DNA of 13,684 nucleotides from a virus (Duplodnaviria; Heunggongvirae; Uroviricota; Caudoviricetes): IMG/VR virus record IMGVR_UViG_2563366959_000001, positions 1 to 13,684 of that record; one strand, 5' to 3'. Shown piece by piece: positions 7,522 to 13,684 of this stretch (position 1 is its first letter; each line of letters starts with the position of its first letter). The notes under the pieces were generated by a model. It saw only the letters and a program-made list of their open reading frames with translations, ran no database searches and was not told where the DNA came from. The position numbers and the translations under genes were made by a program.

Positions 7522-7737
7522 TCACTTTAAATCCAGACTCCGGATAATTCTGTTGCGCTGAAACTCATTGTTGAGTTTGAACAACCGTCGAAGAACACGG
7601 TCACGCGGATAGCATCGTGCGGCAGGTGAATGCTCATACAACTCATCAAGCGGCAAACTGGACGATGAACGATACCGATACCAACGCACCAACTCTTCAC
7701 GAAAATTAGCCCTGACAAGCTCAGCTATCGTACTCAT
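7522..7737 (-). CDS. Hypothetical small protein (71 aa)
   Basis: ATG at 7735-7737 with GAGGAGG upstream (9-nt spacing); no recognisable motif. Confidence 0.6.
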   Translation of the reverse strand: MSTIAELVRANFREELVRWYRYRSSSSLPLDELYEHSPAARCYPRDRVLRRLFKLNNEFQRNRIIRSLDLK

Positions 7738-7868
7738 TTCTTAAAACCTCCTCAAACGCATTCTGACGCATTTTTCATTCTCGCTGCTATTGGCATGCCT
7801 TGCACGCGTTTACCTCACTACAGAGCGATTGTGATGCCTTAAAAGCGATTTATTGAAGTGATATTTGC

Positions 7869-8147
7869 TTAATCGAAATTCTTTTCTTTGATTCCTGCGG
7901 CCCTGATGGCTTTCATTACTGCAATTACCGTTTTGTCACGCCCATCCTCATAACCCATCGCATAAGCACCTTCTTCACCATCTTTCCAAAGGTCGTCATT
8001 CGATTCGGGCCAGTCGATATCCAGTTCAATAGCAGAGCGCGATGCCTGCCATATCACCCAGGCAAACTCTTTTAATTCATCGTCTCCCGTGAACTGGCTT
8101 TTGTCTTTTGACCACCAGTTTTCAAACTGTCGGTAGCTATCGTTCAC
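7869..8147 (-). CDS. Hypothetical acidic, Trp-rich protein (~92 aa if GTG start at 8147; 97 aa if TTG at 8162)
   Basis: ORF directly downstream of terminator; GAGAGGGAA-GTG gives a plausible SD for the GTG start; no ATG available. Confidence 0.5.
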   Translation of the reverse strand: MNDSYRQFENWWSKDKSQFTGDDELKEFAWVIWQASRSAIELDIDWPESNDDLWKDGEEGAYAMGYEDGRDKTVIAVMKAIRAAGIKEKNFD

Positions 8148-8166
8148 TTCCCTCTCCCCCAAATAA

Positions 8167-8194
8167 AAAGGCCTGCGATTACCAGCAGGCCTTT
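8167..8194 (-). terminator. Rho-independent terminator (tR2-like) in the early right operon
   Basis: Stem AAAGGCCTGC / GCAGGCCTTT (8167-8176 / 8185-8194), 8-nt loop, followed on the minus strand by TTATTT; overlaps stop codon of the HNH gene. Confidence 0.6.
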
Positions 8195-8804
8195 ATCTGT
8201 TTTTAACACGCTTTCGAGTCCTTTTAGATTTTTCCTTAAGATATTCCGCAAGTTTATCCTCATCATTATTAAATTGAGATAAAAGCTCATGCTCGCAATT
8301 AAGTGCTTTACTCGCATAAGTTCCATATAGTTTCTTTCTTGCTAGTGCTGCTATGAATGCTGCATCTTCTTTGCTATCGAAATACCCTAACGATATTGTC
8401 TTATTTTTATAACCAACATAAGACTTCCACCTGCCAGTTGGCTTATACCAAGACACTCCAATTGCACCGGATGTGTTTAATCTATTCCCTACAATGTTTC
8501 TTGCATTCTGCTCTTCTGTTGCCAGTCTTAGGTTTGAAATCCTATTGTCAAGTCTGTTCCCATTTACATGATCAATAAACTTAGGAGGCCATTTTTTGTA
8601 TACATAGAACCAAGCAAGTCTATGCGCCTTATACAAAACATTATTTATACTAATGCATATATAACCACCACTAACACCTCCAGCAATACTACCTTTTACT
8701 CTTACTACTGAATTTGTTTTTAGCCATTTAAATATTCCTGTTTCTGAGTCATATGATAATGTTGACAGAAGCTCATCGTGATCAATTAGTTTTTTTATTC
8801 GCAT
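8193..8804 (-). CDS. HNH homing endonuclease with C-terminal AP2-like DNA-binding domain
   Basis: HNH core IDHVNGNRLDNRISNLRLATEEQNARN; AP2-like block GVSWYKPTGRWKSYVGYKNKTISLGYFDSKEDAAFIAALAR; visibly AT-rich, no SD; inserted between ren and the terminator. Confidence 0.85.
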   Translation of the reverse strand: MRIKKLIDHDELLSTLSYDSETGIFKWLKTNSVVRVKGSIAGGVSGGYICISINNVLYKAHRLAWFYVYKKWPPKFIDHVNGNRLDNRISNLRLATEEQNARNIVGNRLNTSGAIGVSWYKPTGRWKSYVGYKNKTISLGYFDSKEDAAFIAALARKKLYGTYASKALNCEHELLSQFNNDEDKLAEYLKEKSKRTRKRVKNR

Positions 8805-8882
8805 AAAGAATATACTTAATAATATATACAGTAAGAACCATTAGTAACGATAACCCTGCTATTAGCTCAGTGATGTAGATGG

Positions 8883-9173
8883 TCATCTTTTAACTCCATA
8901 TACCGCCAATACCCGTTTCATCGCTGCACTCTGGCGACACTCCTTAAAAATCAGGTTCGTGCTCACCTTTCCTTCCCGTTCTTCCCTGGTAGCAAACCGG
9001 TAATACACCGTTCGCCAGACCTTACCTTCGATAACCAGAAGACCTGCCCGTGCCATTTTAGCTGCGGCCTGATTTATGCTGGTTACTGTTGCGCCTGTTA
9101 GCGCGGCAACGTCCGGCGCACAGAAGCTATTATGCGTCCCCAGGTAATGAATAATTGCCTCTTTGCCCGTCAT
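8883..9173 (-). CDS. ren: Ren (Rex-exclusion resistance) protein, lambda-type
   Basis: 96 aa MTGKEAIIHYLGTHNSFCAPDVAALTGATVTSINQAAAKMARAGLLVIEGKVWRTVYYRF... matches lambda Ren as recalled; ATGA overlap with P stop. Confidence 0.85.
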   Translation of the reverse strand: MTGKEAIIHYLGTHNSFCAPDVAALTGATVTSINQAAAKMARAGLLVIEGKVWRTVYYRFATREEREGKVSTNLIFKECRQSAAMKRVLAVYGVKR

Positions 9174-9871
9174 ACACTTGCTCCTTTCAGTCCGAACTTA
9201 GCTTTAATTTCTGCGATCTTCGCCAGCGCCTGAACACGATTTAGAGGTCTGCCGCCCATGACAGGAAGTTGTTTTACTGGTTCAGGTATCGTCTCACCAC
9301 GGTTAATTCGCGCTGTCATACAGGTCAGTTCATCGGCAGCCTTGCGTCGTAATTCCGCGTCAGTCAGCGCATTGGCCCGCATGTTCTGGTACAGGTTGGT
9401 AACCAGCCAGTAGTGCGCGTTCGATTTCCACGGATAAGACTCTGCATCCGGATACAGGCCTCGCTTCCGGCAATACTCGTAAACCATATCAACCAGCTCG
9501 CTGACGTTTGGCAGTCCGGCGATAACGGATGCTTCTTCCCGGCACCATGCAACAAACTGCCCGGGTGATGGAAGAAATGGTCGATTCTGCCGACGGGCTA
9601 CGCGCATTCCTGCGTTAACCTGTTCCATCGAGGTGATCCCGTTTTCCCGGAAAGCCAGAACCCACTGGCGGCGGATTTCATTCAGTTCGTTCTGGTCCCG
9701 GTTAGCCAGACTCGCCGGGAAAGTTGCCAGTAACTGGCTGAACACACCGTTGATGATCTGCGCTACCTGTTGTACCTGCGGCTTTTCGTCGTACTGTTCC
9801 GGCATGTTGTTGGCGATTCGACGCATCTGCTCACGGTCAAAGTTAACCATCTGTGCGGCGATGTTTTTCAT
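9170..9871 (-). CDS. P: Replication protein P (DnaB helicase loader), lambda-type
   Basis: 233 aa MKNIAAQMVNFDREQMRRIANNMPEQYDEKPQVQQVAQIINGVFSQLL...; ATGA overlap with O stop. Confidence 0.95.
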   Translation of the reverse strand: MKNIAAQMVNFDREQMRRIANNMPEQYDEKPQVQQVAQIINGVFSQLLATFPASLANRDQNELNEIRRQWVLAFRENGITSMEQVNAGMRVARRQNRPFLPSPGQFVAWCREEASVIAGLPNVSELVDMVYEYCRKRGLYPDAESYPWKSNAHYWLVTNLYQNMRANALTDAELRRKAADELTCMTARINRGETIPEPVKQLPVMGGRPLNRVQALAKIAEIKAKFGLKGASV

Positions 9872-10806
9872 AAATCCACCCCGTAAATCCAGTCAGTGTT
9901 TGTCAGGTCGAGTTTTGGTTTGCTGGCTGTCACGCCTGCCTGTTGCTTGTTACGGTTGATTTCGAGCTGGGTCCACTTGTCGCGGAGTTTGGCCGGACTC
10001 AGCACGTTACCGGACCAGAAGTTGTCCTGGCATGCCCAGCGGAACAGCACGCACATGTCGCGGTGGTTACGTCCGTCACGTTCACGCATCAGGCGGATAT
10101 CGTTAGCCCACCCTGCAAAATTCGGTTTTCTGGCTGATGGTGCGATGGTCTTCACCATGTCAAACATCCACTCTGCGGCGGTCAGGTCTTCTGCTGTTCC
10201 CCACTTGCTGCCGCTCTGAATTGCAGCATCCGGTTTAACCACAGAAAGATCGTTTTCTGGCTGGTCAGAGGATTCGCCAGAATTCTCGGACGAATAATCT
10301 TTTCTTTTTTCTTTTGTAATAGTGTCTTTTGTGTCCCCCTGTTTTGAGGGATAGCAATCCCCTAATTTGAGGGATGTTTTATCCCTCGTTTTAGGGGATT
10401 TTCCCTCGTTTTGAGGGATGTCCCTCATTTTAGGGGAACCTCCCTCGTTTTGAGGGATGCACCATTCTGAGATGTTTTTATTTGGTCCAAACATGCCGCC
10501 TTGCTGCTTGATAATATTCATTCTGACGAGTTCTAACTTGGCTTCATTGCACCGTTTGACAGGTAGCTTTGTAATCTCGCTAAGTTGAGAATCGGTGATT
10601 CTGTCCATTGGTTTATTCCACCCATAGGTTTTACGCAGAATGGCAAGCAGCACTTTAAACTGTCGCTTGGTCAGATCTGCGCCTGAATAAGCCTCAATCA
10701 GCATATTTGATAGTCTGGCGTAACCATCATCGAGATCTGCCACATTACGCTCCTGTTCGGCAAAGTTACCTCTGCCGAAGTTGAGTATTTTTGCTGTATT
10801 TGTCAT
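9868..10806 (-). CDS. O: Replication initiator protein O, lambda-type, carrying a 13-residue in-frame duplication over the iteron region
   Basis: 312 aa MTNTAKILNFGRGNFAEQERNVADLDDGYARLSNML...; AGGAG 5 nt upstream of ATG; repeat IPQNEGGSPKMRD / IPQNEGKSPKTRD corresponds to extra iterons. Confidence 0.95.
   Translation of the reverse strand: MTNTAKILNFGRGNFAEQERNVADLDDGYARLSNMLIEAYSGADLTKRQFKVLLAILRKTYGWNKPMDRITDSQLSEITKLPVKRCNEAKLELVRMNIIKQQGGMFGPNKNISEWCIPQNEGGSPKMRDIPQNEGKSPKTRDKTSLKLGDCYPSKQGDTKDTITKEKRKDYSSENSGESSDQPENDLSVVKPDAAIQSGSKWGTAEDLTAAEWMFDMVKTIAPSARKPNFAGWANDIRLMRERDGRNHRDMCVLFRWACQDNFWSGNVLSPAKLRDKWTQLEINRNKQQAGVTASKPKLDLTNTDWIYGVDL
10286..10459. repeat. Replication origin (ori-lambda-like): six ~19-bp iterons (TCCCTC-N-TTTT-N-AGGGGA type) at 10334-10459 plus adjacent AT-rich unwinding region (~10286-10333), all inside the O gene
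   Basis: Iterons read at 10334-10352, 10357-10376, 10381-10399, 10402-10420, 10421-10438, 10441-10459; each is itself an inverted repeat; AT-rich run ataatcttttcttttttcttttgtaatag. Confidence 0.85.
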
Positions 10807-10838
10807 AATGACTCCTGTGGATTGATCCAGTAATTCCC

Positions 10839-11135
10839 TCAGAATTGCATATCAATTTGCTTAGAGTCCCCGGCGGCCACCGGGGATTTTTTCTTTGTGA
10901 TTTCATCAAGCGCATACTTAAAAGCCCTGCTAATCGGACTGATGTCTGATGCCATTCCGAAAGCACACAAGACCGAAGCAATAAATCTCCAGTCCGTTCT
11001 GCTTATCTTCGATTCATGACAGCCAATCATCTTTGCCAGACCGCGCTGGGTAAGCGTTGACAGGTTGATGAGTAAATCAGTTTCAGCGCGATCAATTTCT
11101 CGCTGTGATAGTTTGCTGTAACTTGTTTGTGACAT
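10839..11135 (-). CDS. cII: CII-like transcriptional activator (lysogeny establishment)
   Basis: 98 aa; position between nutR and O; HTH-like segment and C-terminal ...QIDMQF comparable to lambda CII ...QIQMEF; sequence diverged from lambda. Confidence 0.75.
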   Translation of the reverse strand: MSQTSYSKLSQREIDRAETDLLINLSTLTQRGLAKMIGCHESKISRTDWRFIASVLCAFGMASDISPISRAFKYALDEITKKKSPVAAGDSKQIDMQF

Positions 11136-11201
11136 TTGTTAATTTTCCTATATTGATATGGGGTTAAGCGGCAATCCCCAATGGGTTTGCCACTGATGTT
11201 T

Positions 11202-11244
11202 GCTCACCCTGTTAGAGGTGAACGACCAGCAATGTTAAAGAGCG
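11202..11244 (-). promoter_or_regulatory. nutR: boxA (CGCTCTTTAA, 11235-11244) and boxB hairpin (TTCACCTCTAACAGGGTGAG, 11202-11222)
   Basis: Exact boxA consensus 8 nt after the cro stop; boxB stem-loop with CUAAC-containing loop, same loop motif as the nutL hairpin. Confidence 0.6.
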
Positions 11245-11251
11245 GTGTTAC

Positions 11252-11476
11252 TTATTCAGCCTGGTTCGGATGAGGAAACAGGTGCGGTAAGTCCGGGCGA
11301 ATTTCGTAAGCCTTAACCTGACCATTGGTGGCATTAACGATAGCGAAAACTTTTTCAGGAGAAACTTTTCCGCCTCGCAACCATTTATGAACAGCGGGCT
11401 GTGATACGCCGCAATCAGCTGCAAGTCGTTTTTGACTGCCAACAATATTCAAGGCTCGCTGAATCACTAAATTCAT
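11252..11476 (-). CDS. cro: Cro-like repressor (74 aa from MNLVIQRALNIVGSQKRLAADCGVSQPAVHKWLRGG...)
   Basis: HTH motif; divergent from cI across an operator-containing intergenic region; start at ATG 11474-11476 with GAGG 7 nt upstream (track ORF extends further upstream without SD). Confidence 0.8.
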   Translation of the reverse strand: MNLVIQRALNIVGSQKRLAADCGVSQPAVHKWLRGGKVSPEKVFAIVNATNGQVKAYEIRPDLPHLFPHPNQAE

Positions 11477-11512
11477 GAGCATACCTCTACAGCAAATAAA
11501 GCATAACCAAAA

Positions 11513-11575
11513 ATAACATGAGTTATACACCAGAGCAATAACAATTGTTGTTTTACTTTTGATAACCGTGGTTAT
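11513..11575. promoter_or_regulatory. oR operator region: three 14-bp sites of type ATAAC-N4-GTTAT (11513-11526 ATAACATGAGTTAT; 11538-11551 ATAACAATTGTTGT; 11562-11575 ATAACCGTGGTTAT); overlaps divergent pR/pRM
   Basis: Inverted-repeat half-sites read directly; regular 10-11 bp gaps; candidate pRM -10 TATAGA (11573-11578) 8 nt before the cI ATG (near-leaderless). Confidence 0.55.
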
Positions 11576-11586
11576 AGATTACAGGT

Positions 11587-12294
11587 ATGAAAACATTCGC
11601 AGAAAGACTAAATGCCGCCATGAGTTCAGCCGGGTTGTCACAAGCACAACTTGCAGACATGGTGGGGGTATCACAACCAGCCATACAAAAGATGTCATCT
11701 GGTAAAACAACCGGATCACGTAAAATGGTCGAATTAGCCAACGCGTTAAGAGTTCGCCCTGAATGGCTAAGCTCTGGTATAGGGTCAATGAGACCACAGA
11801 GCGCAGAAGAGCCATCTAATGCTCGGGAATCATCTTTAAAAGCTATCGCCTGGGATGATCATCAAAATGATAATGACGAATTTGTTGCGCTCCCCCTTCT
11901 AAATATTTCACTTTCAGCTGGCGGAGGAAGTTGTGCATTGGAGGAGTCCGCAGAATTCTCTCTAGTTTTTAGGCGCTATTACCTGAAAAAAATGGGAGTT
12001 CCAGAAAAAGCGGCAAAGTTGGTCAGGGTTGTTGGGCAAAGCATGGAGCCAACACTCCATGATGGTGATGTGGTGGGGGTAAACACGCAAGATACGAGCA
12101 TCAGGGATGGTAAAACATATGCAATTTGCCAAGCTGATTTGTTAAGGGTAAAAACGCTCATAGCCACGCCAACATCGGTAATTATCAGATCGATAAACCG
12201 CGAAGAGTATCCTGATGAAGTAATGAACAGAGAAGAATTCTACAAAAACGTAAGAATCATAGGGCGAGTGTTCTGGTCATCACATAGCTGGTAA
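11587..12294 (+). CDS. cI: CI-type prophage repressor (N-terminal HTH, C-terminal LexA/S24-like autocleavage domain)
   Basis: 235 aa; HTH LSQAQLADMVGVSQPAIQKM; Ala-Gly cleavage site in SLSAGGG; catalytic Ser in GQSMEPT and Lys in LRVKTL. Confidence 0.9.
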   Translation: MKTFAERLNAAMSSAGLSQAQLADMVGVSQPAIQKMSSGKTTGSRKMVELANALRVRPEWLSSGIGSMRPQSAEEPSNARESSLKAIAWDDHQNDNDEFVALPLLNISLSAGGGSCALEESAEFSLVFRRYYLKKMGVPEKAAKLVRVVGQSMEPTLHDGDVVGVNTQDTSIRDGKTYAICQADLLRVKTLIATPTSVIIRSINREEYPDEVMNREEFYKNVRIIGRVFWSSHSW

Positions 12295-12416
12295 TCAGAC
12301 TCCAACTGAACTTTTGCTATAAGAACACTCACGAAGAACGGCCTTTTATTGTGCTCAATACCACCGATGGTAAACCATTCGCCAAGTAGCCAATTCATAA
12401 AATGCCATTTCTAAAT

Positions 12417-12444
12417 CCCCCGGCTCCAGTGCCGGGTTTTATTT
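12417..12444 (+). terminator. Rho-independent terminator downstream of cI (CCCGGC-TCCAGT-GCCGGG + TTTTATTT)
   Basis: 6-bp GC stem 12419-12424 / 12431-12436 followed by T-run 12437-12444. Confidence 0.55.
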
Positions 12445-12446
12445 AC

Positions 12447-12668
12447 TTAATTACACAGTCGCATATCCTGAAGTAACACATCTATAGCTAACTTCACAGC
12501 GAGATCATCCAATTCATCATGGTGAAGCACTCGGATCATTCCCGCAATAGCATCTGCTGAAATAGCTTCCCCAGTAGCAATAACCTCAAGCAACGCCCCC
12601 CCTAGAATTTCGACTACCCGCTGGTGCAACACACCAAATTCCCCTTCGATTAACATGCAATCACCCAT
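12447..12668 (-). CDS. Small acidic hypothetical protein (73 aa from ATG; 88 aa if TTG at 12713), convergent with cI, lying between cI and oL
   Basis: ORF MGDCMLIEGEFGVLHQRVVEILGGALLEVIATGEAISADAIAGMIRVLHHDELDDLAVKLAIDVLLQDMRLCN; SD-like AAAGG 9 nt upstream of ATG; no recognised family. Confidence 0.45.
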   Translation of the reverse strand: MGDCMLIEGEFGVLHQRVVEILGGALLEVIATGEAISADAIAGMIRVLHHDELDDLAVKLAIDVLLQDMRLCN

Positions 12669-12763
12669 AACAATCAGCCTTTCCCCCTTGAAAATATCAC
12701 GCGGATACCACAAAAAATAAAATATTTTTGTTATCAGTCATTTATAATGTTTTTCATAAAATG

Positions 12764-12802
12764 ATAAATATAGTTATTGCACAACCAGATAACTTAGGTT
12801 AT
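12764..12802. promoter_or_regulatory. oL operator sites of the same ATAAC-N4-GTTAT type (12764-12777 ATAAATATAGTTAT; 12789-12802 ATAACTTAGGTTAT)
   Basis: Two 14-bp inverted repeats separated by 11 bp, same consensus as the oR sites; pL must lie here but the hexamers are not unambiguous. Confidence 0.5.
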
Positions 12803-12851
12803 CTTCAATTCAACAGCAGGACGCTGGAAGCCAAACGGAACAGATTGGCCG

Positions 12852-12891
12852 GCTCTTTAACATTGATGGACTCTCAACCTAACCGTTGAGA
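12852..12891 (+). promoter_or_regulatory. nutL: boxA-like GCTCTTTAA (12852-12860) and boxB hairpin TCTCAACCTAACCGTTGAGA (12872-12891)
   Basis: boxA 9/10 match to CGCTCTTTAA; 7-bp stem with CUAACC loop ~110 nt upstream of N. Confidence 0.6.
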
Positions 12892-13001
12892 CCAAAATCT
12901 AAGTGGTTTTGGGGATGACGAGAATTTCAGTTGCAAGGCCGCGATCGAGAAGAAAAACACCTCGACGCGTCATACACCAAAGCCACTTAAAGGAGACCAT
13001 C

Positions 13002-13340
13002 ATGGTAACCGTAATCTGGAAAGAATCCAAAGGTACGGCAAAAAGCCGCTATAAAGCTCGCAGGGAAGAACTTATTGCAGAGCGGCGCAGTAGTGAAAGA
13101 CTGACACGGAAGATTGCGCTAAAGATCTCTGGTTGCGTCAGAGCAGACAAAGCAGTATCACTCAGCAGCCTTCGCAACAAGAAGGCAGAAGAAGTCGAGC
13201 GAAAAAACAGAAGTACTTATTACAAGGATTCAAACCCATTAGGAAACAAAATACATGCAGTTCAAAAAATAAAATTGTACAGTAAACCACCGTATGGACT
13301 TATTGAGTATGCTTATGGTGAAAAAGACTATTTATGTTAA
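13002..13340 (+). CDS. N: Antitermination protein N (phi21-type arginine-rich motif)
   Basis: ATG at 13002 with AGGAG 6 nt upstream; ARM GTAKSRYKARREELIAERR close to the phi21 N peptide as recalled; central ...ERKNRSTYYKDSNPLGNKIHAVQKIK parallels lambda N ...ERKNQRTWYSKPGERGITCSGRQKIK. Confidence 0.8.
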   Translation: MVTVIWKESKGTAKSRYKARREELIAERRSSERLTRKIALKISGCVRADKAVSLSSLRNKKAEEVERKNRSTYYKDSNPLGNKIHAVQKIKLYSKPPYGLIEYAYGEKDYLC

Positions 13341-13533
13341 TCCTAATCGCGGACAAAACAGAAAAGTATCTGACAGAAGCCTTACATCTCGAGACAGAAG
13401 GAGGATAGCGAGATGGGAAAAGAGAATAGCATATGCATTAGAAAACGGTATAACACCTGGATTTAATGCTATAGATGACGGTCCGGAATATAAGATTAAT
13501 GAAGACCCAATGAACAAAGTTGACAAAGCATTA

Positions 13534-13557
<24 letters not shown>
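13309..13557 (+). pseudogene. ORF downstream of N whose 3' end is supplied by the IS5-family inverted repeat (likely truncated by the insertion)
   Basis: Reading frame runs from N-overlapping region into the IS element; last 7 codons (GKVRTSS) are IS-derived; no recognisable family, coding status uncertain. Confidence 0.25.

Positions 13558-13684
<127 letters not shown>

Noticed and set aside
7527-8578. ORFs 7527-7718 (-), 8144-8326 (-), 8357-8578 (+)
   Set aside because: Overlap better-supported genes (the 71-aa ORF with strong SD and the HNH-AP2 gene) in other frames or strand
8805-8880. CTGT-containing AT-rich sequence upstream of the HNH-AP2 gene resembling a LexA box
   Set aside because: Reads CTGTATATATTATTAAG; the second half-site ACAG is absent, so it does not fit the CTGT-N8-ACAG SOS box
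9364-10219. ORFs 9364-9555 (-), 9633-9959 (+), 9896-10219 (+), 9943-10137 (+)
   Set aside because: Embedded in the P and O genes, alternative frame or antisense; O and P are confidently assigned
10334-10459. Regularly spaced repeats that superficially resemble a short CRISPR array
   Set aside because: Units are ~19-bp internally palindromic iterons spaced ~20-24 bp apart inside the O gene with an adjacent AT-rich block, the classic lambdoid origin; no spacers of CRISPR size and no cas genes
10766-11445. ORFs 10766-10981 (-) and 11248-11445 (-)
   Set aside because: Overlap cII and cro respectively in other frames; the cII and cro frames carry the recognisable HTH proteins
11553-12167. ORFs 11553-11741 (-), 11579-11815 (-), 11979-12167 (-)
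   Set aside because: Antisense to cI or spanning the operator region; no start signals; cI frame is unambiguous
13395-13465. 17-codon plus-strand mini-ORF with a perfect GGAGG SD (ATG near 13412)
   Set aside because: Too short and in a different frame from the surrounding ORF; a strong SD alone is insufficient

Overview
This window is the early-right and immunity region of a lambdoid (lambda/phi21-like) prophage of an enterobacterium, presented in reverse orientation to the usual lambda map. Reading from high to low coordinates on the minus strand: cro, nutR, cII, O (with the ori iterons inside it), P, ren, an inserted HNH endonuclease, a tR2-like terminator, three small hypothetical genes, ninB, a second inserted HNH endonuclease, a Dam-family N6-adenine methyltransferase, ninE, an ORF6N protein plus a Rha/KilAC antirepressor, ninG, the lambda-type Ser/Thr phosphatase, Q and a PR'-like late promoter. 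Downstream of Q lie an AT-rich membrane-protein moron, a hairpin-rich intergenic region, and the 5' end of a NanS-p-like esterase gene. On the plus strand are the autocleavable cI repressor, then a convergent small acidic ORF, oL-like operators, nutL and a phi21-type N; the pL operon is cut just after N by an IS5-family element that runs off the window end. The best candidates for undescribed function are the membrane-protein moron in the position stx occupies in Stx phages and the small convergent ORF between cI and oL. All protein identifications rest on reading the translations against remembered family sequences and motifs; no database search or computation was run.
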